From a bacterium (GTDB taxonomy: Bacteria > BMS3Abin14): 18,946 nt of DNA. Every line of letters starts with the position of its first letter. Positions within the stretch are counted from its first letter, which is position 1. Where the stretch lies: assembly GCA_020349685.1 (NCBI GenBank), contig CP070698.1, forward strand, positions 1,773,962-1,792,907, given 5' to 3'. A model generated the notes under the pieces. It had not been told where the DNA came from and did no database searches. It saw only the letters and a list, made by a program, of their open reading frames with translations. This document shows, piece by piece, positions 1-9,692 of this stretch. The position numbers and the translations under genes were made by a program.

Positions 1-317
1 AGGAAAATGCCGGGCTTCTGGCTATGTATTCCATTGAGCTGAACCGCCGTTTCTCTTTTCCCCTGACTATCCTCCTGTACCCGTTCATTATCTTCCCCGC
101 TGCCATCACGACGGGACGGCACGGCAAGCTGACTGCCTTCTCAGGCAGCCTGATCCTTTTCCTGACCAGCTTTTTTCTCTTTTCCATTGGATCGAACATG
201 GCAAGGCAGGGAATGATCCAGCCAGCTTTGGGTGCCTGGTTCCCGGTCCTGTTTCTGATAATTTCAGCTTTAGCCATATTCCCCGCCTACATCTTCAGCC
301 AGAGGCTGCGGCCATGA
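1..317 (+). CDS. lptF: LPS export ABC transporter permease LptF (YjgP/YjgQ family), 3' part only
   Basis: The frame is open from the window edge (codons from nt 3). 'ELNRRFSFPL' is followed by hydrophobic helices and 'PALGAWFP', a typical YjgP/YjgQ C-terminus. ATGA overlap with the next paralog. The F versus G assignment is from gene order. Confidence 0.8.
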   Translation, partial: ENAGLLAMYSIELNRRFSFPLTILLYPFIIFPAAITTGRHGKLTAFSGSLILFLTSFFLFSIGSNMARQGMIQPALGAWFPVLFLIISALAIFPAYIFSQRLRP

Positions 318-1405
318 ACCGGCTCGACAGATACGTGATCAGACGCTGGCTTCTTTTTTTCATTCCCGCCATGATCGTTCTCGGAGCAGCCTACCTTTCT
401 TCGGACGCCGCTTTCACGCTCTGGGAATATATAAAGAGAGGGTTGTCCCCCGGCCACATCGCCATGCATTATATTCTCAAGACTCCCAACATCCTGTACC
501 AGATGGCGCCCATCGCCTCACTCATCGCCACTTTGCTCACCATGTCGGCCATGAAGCGTTCCGGTGAAATGACGGCAGCCTTTGCCAGCGGGGTGGGAGG
601 AATGAGGATGAGCGCACCGGTCCTCGCTATTGCTGTCGTCGTCAGCATGATGGCTTTTTATGTGACCGAATACATGGCCCCCGGCGCCAACAGGATCAGC
701 CGGGATCTCGTGCGCAATGAATCCGGAGCAGGATCCTCAGTGGTTGGAACGAAGAGAATCTGGCTCCTGGAAGGAAACCGGGTCATACACATACGATCCG
801 TCGAGGACGAAGGGGCCCGGCTCAACCACTTGACGGTCCTGCAGTTCGAGGGGAAAGGCCTGAAAGATCTGGATCTGAGGATGGATGCCGAGAGTGCCGT
901 TTGGACCAGCGGCGCATGGAGAGCCGATAATGTTGTCATGCGGCGCTTCATGAATGGGACCATGACCGATTCGGGAGTTTTAAAAGACCTGCTCCTGCCC
1001 ATTCAAATCAGGCCCGAAGAGTTTTACAAGGTGAGGAGAAAACCGGAGGAGATGAGCATGTCGGAGCTCAGGAGCTATATCCTGAATCTGAAAGCCGCCG
1101 GTCTCCCGTACGTTACCCATCAGGTCAGTATCTACCAGAAGGTCTCAACCGCAGTCATATCGCTCATTTTTACTGTGATGGCTCTCCCCATAGCCTTCAT
1201 CATCCCCATCCGAGGGGGTGTCCCTATGGGACTCGGGCTCAGCATCCTCCTCGTCCTCGTCTTCTGGTCCCTCTTCTCCCTGGCGTTGACCCTTGGCTAT
1301 ACGGGAATTATCCCTCCCCCGGCTGCAGCCTGGTCGGCGCAGCTGCTGGCGCTGATCCTGGGCCTGGCCGCACTGGCGCTGATCAAGCACCCGAGGCTCA
1401 CTTAG
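314..1405 (+). CDS. lptG: LPS export ABC transporter permease LptG (YjgP/YjgQ family), 363 aa
   Basis: N-terminal 'MNRLDRYVIR', 'MKRSGEMTAAFASGVG' (family motif), a central periplasmic beta-rich region, 'PEEMSMSELRSYI' and C-terminal 'IIPPPAAAW'. Confidence 0.88.
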   Translation: MNRLDRYVIRRWLLFFIPAMIVLGAAYLSSDAAFTLWEYIKRGLSPGHIAMHYILKTPNILYQMAPIASLIATLLTMSAMKRSGEMTAAFASGVGGMRMSAPVLAIAVVVSMMAFYVTEYMAPGANRISRDLVRNESGAGSSVVGTKRIWLLEGNRVIHIRSVEDEGARLNHLTVLQFEGKGLKDLDLRMDAESAVWTSGAWRADNVVMRRFMNGTMTDSGVLKDLLLPIQIRPEEFYKVRRKPEEMSMSELRSYILNLKAAGLPYVTHQVSIYQKVSTAVISLIFTVMALPIAFIIPIRGGVPMGLGLSILLVLVFWSLFSLALTLGYTGIIPPPAAAWSAQLLALILGLAALALIKHPRLT

Positions 1406-1443
1406 TGTCGGGTATCGGAGTGTCGGAGTATCGGTGTATCGGG
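1405..1443 (+). repeat. Octamer tandem array GTRTCGGN x5 starting at the lptG stop codon
   Basis: gtgtcgg gtatcgga gtgtcgga gtatcggt gtatcggg (first unit is 7 nt). Confidence 0.9.
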
Positions 1444-1475
1444 GAAAGCGCTAAATCGCAGTTTTATTTTCCATA

Positions 1476-1570
1476 CGGATACCCTGTTACGCCAAAACTC
1501 CGACACATGTGCCTAAAGTTAATGGCCGATCTCCTTGACCGATGCGCCGATACCCCGTTACCCCGATACG
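1476..1570 (-). repeat. Inverted copies of the octamer array (degenerate 1476-1507; cleaner 1539-1570)
   Basis: ccgatgcg ccgatacc ccgttacc ccgatacg at 1539-1570 is the reverse complement of NGTATCGG units. actccgacac at 1497-1506 is the exact reverse complement of 1420-1429. Confidence 0.8.
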
Positions 1571-2022
1571 TCCTTTCCTCCCGGGTACCGGGTACCGGGT
1601 GCCGGGTATTTCCTGAATCCCCCCAGACTCCCCATCAGCCCCACTGACAGGGTCAGATCAATGCTCGACACCGTGAGGAGCGCGGCATAGTTCCCCTCCG
1701 CCCACCGCGACAGCCATGCGCCAAGCGATATCATCGAAATCAAGAAAATAAAGAACCCGACCCTGAAGAACTGCCACGGCTTCGGGTCAGGCAGGGTGTC
1801 GATGCGGGTGAGGTTCCTCCGGCAGCTGGGGAGAAACAGGTATCTTGCCTTGAGACCACCTGCTGTGACAGCGACGAGGAACGGCAGGTAGTTGAGTGAG
1901 GCGCCGGGCCTTATATCCAGGGCCTGGGTGAACAGAGCGTACCCTTTGAGGAACAGGACCACTCCACCTGTGATCCAGGTGAGAAGGGCGAGGAGCTTGA
2001 GGGTGGAGTGGGAGACGGGCAT
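1558..2022 (-). CDS. Hypothetical membrane protein, 154 aa, about 4 hydrophobic segments
   Basis: ATG start, four hydrophobic stretches and a basic loop ('KARYLF...RRNLTRI...PWQFFR'). The last ~16 aa are largely encoded by tandem repeats. Family not recognised. Confidence 0.75.
   Translation of the reverse strand: MPVSHSTLKLLALLTWITGGVVLFLKGYALFTQALDIRPGASLNYLPFLVAVTAGGLKARYLFLPSCRRNLTRIDTLPDPKPWQFFRVGFFIFLISMISLGAWLSRWAEGNYAALLTVSSIDLTLSVGLMGSLGGFRKYPAPGTRYPGGKDVSG
1581..1608. repeat. Heptamer array CCGGGTR x4 inside the 3' end of the hypothetical gene
   Basis: ccgggta ccgggta ccgggtg ccgggta. Confidence 0.9.
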
Positions 2023-2028
2023 GAGGAT

Positions 2029-2056
2029 AATCTCAAATCTCAGATCTCAGATTTGC
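2029..2056. repeat. Heptamer array RATCTCA x3-4 (left arm of an inverted pair)
   Basis: aatctca aatctca gatctca gatttgc. Confidence 0.85.
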
Positions 2057-2123
2057 ACACACCTTCAAAAATCATTTAATGCAAACCGGCACACAGGATT
2101 GTGATCATATCGCTTTTGGAGGC

Positions 2124-2160
2124 ACAAAGAAAGCCGGAGCATATACTCCGGCAACTTTTT
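2124..2160 (-). terminator. Intrinsic terminator downstream of ahcY, possibly bidirectional
   Basis: Stem GCCGGAG (2133-2139) / CTCCGGC (2146-2152) with a 6-nt loop. It is followed by TTTCTTTG on the minus strand and AACTTTTT on the plus strand. Confidence 0.7.
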
Positions 2161-2194
2161 GAGATATGAGATCTGGGATTTGAGATTTGAGGTT
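2160..2194. repeat. Heptamer array TGAGATY x5 (right arm), 3 nt past the ahcY stop
   Basis: tgagata tgagatc tgggatt tgagatt tgaggtt, the reverse complement of the 2029-2056 units. Confidence 0.9.
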
Positions 2195-2197
2195 CGA

Positions 2198-4610
<2,413 letters not shown>

Positions 4611-4711
4611 GTTTGAACTCCCTTCAGAAGAGACTGAATAGTATTAGAAAAGCAACTCATTTAGATAACAGAATAGAGAAAGGTGAGCAAGAGGGAAGGA
4701 CTCATTTCCAA

Positions 4712-4765
4712 TCCTGGTCCTGGTCCTGTTCCAGTTCTGGTTCTAGGTCCAGGTCCAGGTCAAGG
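4712..4765. repeat. Hexamer array x9 drifting from TCCTGG to TCCAGG (self-complementary)
   Basis: tcctgg tcctgg tcctgt tccagt tctggt tctagg tccagg tccagg tcaagg. Confidence 0.9.
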
Positions 4766-4779
4766 TGTGGGCCGGCTGT

Positions 4780-5049
4780 TCATGCCTTTTCCCCGAATCC
4801 GCTCAGCACGAGTTTTTTCAGAACCTTGAGTGCTCTTTCCTCGTCGGGACCCGTGATCTCCATGACTATGGTTTCGCCCCTTGCGGCAGCCAGGGTCAGA
4901 ATTCCCATGATGCTTTTCCCGTTGACCCTTTGCTGACCCTTGTTCAGCCAGATCTCGCAGTCAAATGGGGAAGCGGCCTCTACCAGCTTGCCGGCAGCCC
5001 GGGCATGCAGACCAAGTTTGTTGGGGATAACCAGCTCTACCCTGACCAT
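4780..5049 (-). CDS. ptsH: Phosphocarrier protein HPr, 89 aa
   Basis: 'NKLGLHARAA' (His15) and 'NGKSIMGIL' (Ser46). Start reassigned to the ATG at 5049, which gives HPr length and a short overlap with the EIID end. Confidence 0.95.
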   Translation of the reverse strand: MVRVELVIPNKLGLHARAAGKLVEAASPFDCEIWLNKGQQRVNGKSIMGILTLAAARGETIVMEITGPDEERALKVLKKLVLSGFGEKA

Positions 5050-5759
5050 GGAATACTCATTTCGAGACCGAGAAGACCCAGCAGAACCGCGACGATCACA
5101 AGGATCGCGAATACCGCAGGCATTTTCCACTGCCTGCGGAAGAGACAAAAGGCTAAACCGAACAGGAGCATGGCTGTCCCAGGGGTCTGGGTACCGAAAG
5201 CCACCATTCCCAGGATCAAACCCATAGCCGGTGCGGCGAGATGCTCGAGTATTTTCGATAACTTCTGCCCGTTGAGTCCGGCAGCCCCCTTCAGTGGCTC
5301 ATGGGCGTTCCGATACCCGCGCTCAAGGTAAGCCCACCTGTTCCTCAAATGGACACAATTATAGACAATGAGGAAGAAGACAGGTGCAAGGACAGCGATG
5401 AAAAAAGAAAACGCGAGGCTCACCAGGATAACAACGGGAAGCAGGGTGGCCCAGTAAAATCCATCTCCCATGGCGCCCAGAGGCCCCATAAGGTTGTTCC
5501 GGGCCCTCACACTCTCTTCCCCCTTACCCTCCTCCTCCAGTCTGGCAACAACACCGAGGATATAGGGAGACATGTAAGGGTTGGTATTGAAATATCCCAG
5601 ATGGCGATAACACGCCTCCCTGAAACCGCTTCCTGCAGCCTTTCTCAACCATGGGAGAAGGGAGAAGAAGAATCCAAGCCCCTGCATCCGGGGGAAATTC
5701 CACGATGCCTGGATGGACAGGGAACGGATGAAAAGGTTCAGGCGATCCATAAAGCGCAT
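5037..5759 (-). CDS. PTS mannose/fructose/sorbose family EIID component, ~240 aa
   Basis: 'QASWNFPRMQGLGF', 'HLGYFNTNPY', 'LMGPLGAMGDGFYW'. Start reassigned to ATG 5759, 2 nt after the EIIC stop. Confidence 0.9.
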   Translation of the reverse strand: MRFMDRLNLFIRSLSIQASWNFPRMQGLGFFFSLLPWLRKAAGSGFREACYRHLGYFNTNPYMSPYILGVVARLEEEGKGEESVRARNNLMGPLGAMGDGFYWATLLPVVILVSLAFSFFIAVLAPVFFLIVYNCVHLRNRWAYLERGYRNAHEPLKGAAGLNGQKLSKILEHLAAPAMGLILGMVAFGTQTPGTAMLLFGLAFCLFRRQWKMPAVFAILVIVAVLLGLLGLEMSIPWSG

Positions 5760-5761
5760 AA

Positions 5762-6460
5762 TCAGTAAAGGGCCCTCCAGATACCCAGGCCGGCACCGAG
5801 AACAAGCCCGAGGGTGAACCCTTTCCATCCCCTCCTGGCGGTGCGATCGGAGGCAAGGCCTGCCAGACCGGTGAGGAAGGGGATCATGGCCACAATGGAG
5901 AAACGGGCAAGGAGGGGTCCTGAGCCCTTTATAAGGTAGTTAAAGGAGATAACCAGAACGGTTCCTGCCAGCAGAAAGGACCCACCGTGATACAGGCCAG
6001 CCCTCAGAGCCGACATGAGATGCTGGAGCTGCACGAGGTCGGTGCGTCCCAGCCTGAGGTAGACCATGGCCCTGTGAAAAGCCTTTTCGTTGCTGCGCCT
6101 CCAGTGGATATTCACTGCCCTGTCGAGAAACACTGTCGGTACACCGAACAGGACGGCAAGACCGATCAGTTCCATGGTCGGTCGGGGGCCTGGATACATT
6201 CCGATGAGCAGGACGCTGATAAGCGAGGGGAAAAGGGGATGATGCGGAATAAAGGAGCCGACGGGAAGGGAGCTGAGGAAAAACAGTTCATAGATGAGCC
6301 CCAAAATGACTCCTTCGGCAGGAACGCCCAGGACAAGGCCCAGAATAAAAGACGCGACCATGGGCCTGGAGATCTGGAATTGGCCGAAGGCGTTGCGGTC
6401 AAGGCTCAGGATCCCTGCCACGAGGGCGGAAAGGAGGATCTTTGTGACAGCAACCGTCAT
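5762..6460 (-). CDS. PTS mannose family EIIC component (divergent), 232 aa
   Basis: 'LDRNAFGQFQISRPMV...GLVLG...GLIYELFFL...PVGSFIP' matches the EIIC-Man N-terminal pattern. Lies between EIIB and EIID. Confidence 0.85.
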   Translation of the reverse strand: MTVAVTKILLSALVAGILSLDRNAFGQFQISRPMVASFILGLVLGVPAEGVILGLIYELFFLSSLPVGSFIPHHPLFPSLISVLLIGMYPGPRPTMELIGLAVLFGVPTVFLDRAVNIHWRRSNEKAFHRAMVYLRLGRTDLVQLQHLMSALRAGLYHGGSFLLAGTVLVISFNYLIKGSGPLLARFSIVAMIPFLTGLAGLASDRTARRGWKGFTLGLVLGAGLGIWRALY

Positions 6461-6945
6461 TGAGAATCGCCGGGCTCTTTGAGACAGCTGACAAGATCCA
6501 GAGCGGCGGCATCCGGAACCTCTCTTGCCTCGACAGCGATCCCCCTTTGAGCCAGGATCCTGACCATTTCAAGATCCCTGCTGTTCAGGTATACGGAAGG
6601 AGTGATCTCTGTGCCACCCTTAATGTTGTGGAGGTTCCCGACGTTGATGCTGCTCAGAACCACACCCCCTTCCAGAACCTCAAGGACGTCGTCGAGTCCC
6701 GCGAACAGAAGGAGCATCCTGGACTCACCTGAACTGCTGATAAGGGTTTTCAGCCCCCGTAGTGGGGTAACCTTCAGTTCAATGTGATCGGGCACAATGA
6801 GCCGCATCAAGCGGCACCTGTCTTCTTCCAGACAAACGGTGTCGCTCACCACGACGATCGTATCGGCCTGCACGTAAGGGGTCCACCCCTCCACGACCTG
6901 ACCGTGCAGCAGCCGGTCATCGACCCTGGCCAGTACGACAGGCAT
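6457..6945 (-). CDS. PTS mannose/sorbose family EIIB component, 162 aa
   Basis: 'RVDDRLLHGQV' phospho-His motif and 'INVGNL'. Confidence 0.93.
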   Translation of the reverse strand: MPVVLARVDDRLLHGQVVEGWTPYVQADTIVVVSDTVCLEEDRCRLMRLIVPDHIELKVTPLRGLKTLISSSGESRMLLLFAGLDDVLEVLEGGVVLSSINVGNLHNIKGGTEITPSVYLNSRDLEMVRILAQRGIAVEAREVPDAAALDLVSCLKEPGDSQ

Positions 6946-6948
6946 CCT

Positions 6949-7359
6949 TCAACCCCGCGCCAGATACTCCGTGGCCACCTTGATATGACTCCGGCCGTAG
7001 TCCCTGAGGGTGGACGCTGCTTCATGCAGGGTGGTGTCCCTTTCCAGGCTGCGGAGCTTCGTCAGCATCGGCAGGTTAACACCCGTAACGACCTCTATAT
7101 CGTCCTTGCCGAGAAAGGAAAGGCTTATATTTGATGGGGTTCCACCGAACATGTCGACGAGGAGGATGACTCCCTTGTCCCCCCTGACTTCTTTAATGGC
7201 TTTTACGATGCGTTCCCTGGTCATAGCGACATCATCCCCGGCCTGCACCGATATCGAACGTATCGGCCCGCTTTCGCCGGTTATCATGCTGCAGGTCTCA
7301 AGCAGCGCCTGCCCGAGGCTCCCGTGGGTGATGATCACGATCCCTATCTGGTCTTTCAT
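6949..7359 (-). CDS. PTS mannose family EIIA component, 136 aa
   Basis: 'IGIVIITHG', 'VDMFGGTPSN', 'VTGVNLPML'. Start reassigned to ATG 7359 with GGAGGT SD inside the rapZ 3' end. Confidence 0.93.
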   Translation of the reverse strand: MKDQIGIVIITHGSLGQALLETCSMITGESGPIRSISVQAGDDVAMTRERIVKAIKEVRGDKGVILLVDMFGGTPSNISLSFLGKDDIEVVTGVNLPMLTKLRSLERDTTLHEAASTLRDYGRSHIKVATEYLARG

Positions 7360-7363
7360 GTTC

Positions 7364-8233
7364 TCACACCTCCGGTAGGTCGCGGTGCCGCACCTGGACC
7401 CATAAGTGGTCCCGATCCCTGAAATATTGCGACATCCTCTCGACAATTGCAACGGACCTGTGTCGTCCACCTGTGCACCCGATGGCCACTGTGAGGTAAC
7501 CTCTCCCTTCGCGCAGGTATCTCGGCAGCAGGAACTCCAGAAAGGATTCGAGCTGGCCCAGGAACTCTCCGGCCCCATCGGCATTGTAGACAAAGGAACT
7601 GACTTCGGGGGTCCTGCCGTCAAGGTCCCTGAGTTCCTCCACGAAGAAAGGGTTGGTCAGAAACCTCACATCGAGGACCATGTCCGCTTCCTTTGGAAGA
7701 CCGTTCTTAAAACCGAAGGAGAGGAAGGTCAGGAGCATCCTTTCTCTTGTACCGGATGTCCGGAAACGGTCGGCCACAAATTTCCTCAGATCGTGATAAC
7801 CCAGATCGGATGTGTCCAGATGGATGTCTGCCGACTCCTTGAGCGGCTCTAAAAGCTGTCTCTCCCTGGAGAGCGCCTCAAGGAGCGGGAGGGAGTGGTC
7901 CAGGGGGTGAACGCGTCTCGTTTCACTGAACCTTTTCTGCAGAGCTTCCAGAGAAGCCTCCAGAAAGATCACCTTGATACTGTAACCGGATTCCTTCAGT
8001 GACCTGATGACCTCGGGATAGCTCGATACCGACTCCCCTCCCCTGATATCCATCACCATAGCGGCCCGGCTGATGGTCGAACCGCTTGTGGAGGCAAGAT
8101 GGACAAAAGAGGGCAGAAGGTCAATCGGAAGGTTATCGACGGTATAATAACCCATGTCCTCCAGGGTTCGGAGCACAGTCGTCTTACCGGAACCGGAGTA
8201 GCCGGATATGATAAGTAATTGGGAACTGGTCAT
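7364..8233 (-). CDS. rapZ: RNase adapter RapZ / YvcJ-family P-loop NTPase, 289 aa
   Basis: 'ISGYSGSGKT', 'VDNLP', 'RFSETRRVHPL', 'SFGFKNGLP', 'DVRFL', 'IGCTGGRHRSV'. Confidence 0.96.
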   Translation of the reverse strand: MTSSQLLIISGYSGSGKTTVLRTLEDMGYYTVDNLPIDLLPSFVHLASTSGSTISRAAMVMDIRGGESVSSYPEVIRSLKESGYSIKVIFLEASLEALQKRFSETRRVHPLDHSLPLLEALSRERQLLEPLKESADIHLDTSDLGYHDLRKFVADRFRTSGTRERMLLTFLSFGFKNGLPKEADMVLDVRFLTNPFFVEELRDLDGRTPEVSSFVYNADGAGEFLGQLESFLEFLLPRYLREGRGYLTVAIGCTGGRHRSVAIVERMSQYFRDRDHLWVQVRHRDLPEV

Positions 8234-9201
8234 TCCATGGATTCCAGGTCTGGTTTACCCGTATCCTGGGTTTGGCTGGCCAACCTCTCGTTCAGTGTTT
8301 TATCGAATTCCTTTGCGGCATTGAAACCCATACGCCGCAGGAGATGGTTCCTGGCGGCGACCTCGATGATCATAGTCAGGTCGCGCGCCGGCCTCACGGG
8401 GATGTTCAGATAAGGGATCTCCAACCCCAGCATGGAGTAGGTGTTATCTTCAAGGCCAAGGCGCTCCACTTTTAAGTCATTGTGCCACTCGACGAGCTCA
8501 ACGACGAGTTCGATCTTCTTGCTCTTCCGGATGGAGGAGACACCGAAAAGATCCCTGATATTCAGGATCCCGAGCCCCCGGATCTCCATGTGGTATTTGA
8601 TCAGATTCTCCGCGCTTCCGAAAATGGCGTCCTGCATCTTTCTTCTCAGGACGACGACATCGTCCCCTACAAGCCGGTGCCCGCGAGCGACGAGACCAAG
8701 GGCGCATTCGCTCTTCCCTATCCCGCTCTTGCCGATAAGGAGTATGCCCACGCCGAAGACATCCACCAGACAACCGTGCACGGAGGTTTCCGGGGCAAGG
8801 ACATCCTCCAGGTAGACCGTCACCCGACGGATCAATGATGAGGTTATTTCAGGGCTTCTGAGAAGGGGGACCTGATGAAGTTCGCAAAGGTTGACAAGCG
8901 ACTCAGGTGCAATGAGGTTTTTGGCGATGATAAGGCAGGATACACCCGCAGAGCAAAGCTGGTCCATCCGTTCGTCACCCAGGTCCTGGTCCAGGGTTTC
9001 AAGGTAGGACAATTCAGTGGCACCCAGGATCTGGACCCTGTCTCTGTGAAGCTGGTCCAGGAAGCCGGCCAGAGCCAGTCCGGGCTTTTGAATGCGCGCG
9101 ATGCGGATGGCCCTGTCCATGCCCTTCTCACCGGCGAGGATCTCCAGATCAAGATCCTTGTACAGGTGGTCATAAAGGTAGCGGACAGGAATGCTGATCA
9201 T
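8230..9201 (-). CDS. hprK: HPr(Ser) kinase/phosphorylase, full length, 323 aa
   Basis: 'QKPGLALAG', 'GKSGIGKSECAL', 'GHRLVGDD', 'HMEIRGLGILNI', 'IPVRPARDL..IIEVAARN'. Confidence 0.97.
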   Translation of the reverse strand: MISIPVRYLYDHLYKDLDLEILAGEKGMDRAIRIARIQKPGLALAGFLDQLHRDRVQILGATELSYLETLDQDLGDERMDQLCSAGVSCLIIAKNLIAPESLVNLCELHQVPLLRSPEITSSLIRRVTVYLEDVLAPETSVHGCLVDVFGVGILLIGKSGIGKSECALGLVARGHRLVGDDVVVLRRKMQDAIFGSAENLIKYHMEIRGLGILNIRDLFGVSSIRKSKKIELVVELVEWHNDLKVERLGLEDNTYSMLGLEIPYLNIPVRPARDLTMIIEVAARNHLLRRMGFNAAKEFDKTLNERLASQTQDTGKPDLESME

Positions 9202-9217
9202 CCGTCCCCGCGGTCAT

Positions 9218-9679
9218 TCAGTGCCGCTGGTCCTCCTCTTCTATGGTGTGGTAGAGTTTGTCCCGGTCATCGGTACCGAGAAGTGTCTTGCGACACTCCG
9301 GGTTTTTGACGATGCGGGAGATCCTTGCGAGGGTCTTCAGGTGAAGCCCGGCTGAGTCCTCCGGCGCAACAAGAAGGAAGAAAAGGTTGACAGGCTCACC
9401 GTCATGGGCATCGAAATCCACCCCGTCGGGTGAGCGGCCAAAGACCAGCAGGATCTCGTTGAGCCCGCTCAGCCTGCCATGGGGTATGGCGACGCCGTGG
9501 CCGATACCTGTGCTGCCGAGCATCTCCCGATCCAGCAGAATACTGACCAGCTTCTCCGGATCATCGATCTTGCCGGACTGATTGAGGTGATCGACCATCT
9601 CCTTGATCACGCCCTCTCGTGAGGAAGCGTTCAGCCGAGAGATAACATCATTTTCCGAAAGATAATCCACGATCTTCAT
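9218..9679 (-). CDS. ptsN: PTS EIIA (Ntr/fructose-type), 153 aa
   Basis: 'REMLGSTGIGHGVAIPHGR' and 'FDAHDGEPVNLFFLLVAP'. Position after rpoN-hpf. Start reassigned to ATG 9679. Confidence 0.9.
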   Translation of the reverse strand: MKIVDYLSENDVISRLNASSREGVIKEMVDHLNQSGKIDDPEKLVSILLDREMLGSTGIGHGVAIPHGRLSGLNEILLVFGRSPDGVDFDAHDGEPVNLFFLLVAPEDSAGLHLKTLARISRIVKNPECRKTLLGTDDRDKLYHTIEEEDQRH

Positions 9680-9692
9680 GACCTCTAACACA

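Noticed and set aside
1405-1647. 80-aa plus-strand ORF after lptG
   Set aside because: Composed mostly of translated repeat arrays and overlaps the convergent gene.
2099-2135. CRP-like TGTGA half-site and a GG-N10-GC (AGGCACAAAGAAAGC)
   Set aside because: Wrong spacing and a poor second half-site for CRP. The sigma-54-like match lacks TTGC and overlaps the terminator.
4655-4707. 8-bp direct repeat ACTCATTT as a target-site duplication
   Set aside because: It encloses only 37 bp with no terminal repeats and is likely chance in AT-rich DNA.
4611-4779. SAM or SAH riboswitch upstream of metK-ahcY
   Set aside because: No SAM-I, SAM-II or SAH consensus recognised by eye, and the metK-ahcY gap is only 7 bp. 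An Rfam scan would be decisive.
4613-4936. 107-aa ORF with an SWSWSCSSSGSRSRSRSR tract
   Set aside because: The tract is just the translation of the hexamer array. The ORF overlaps ptsH antisense.
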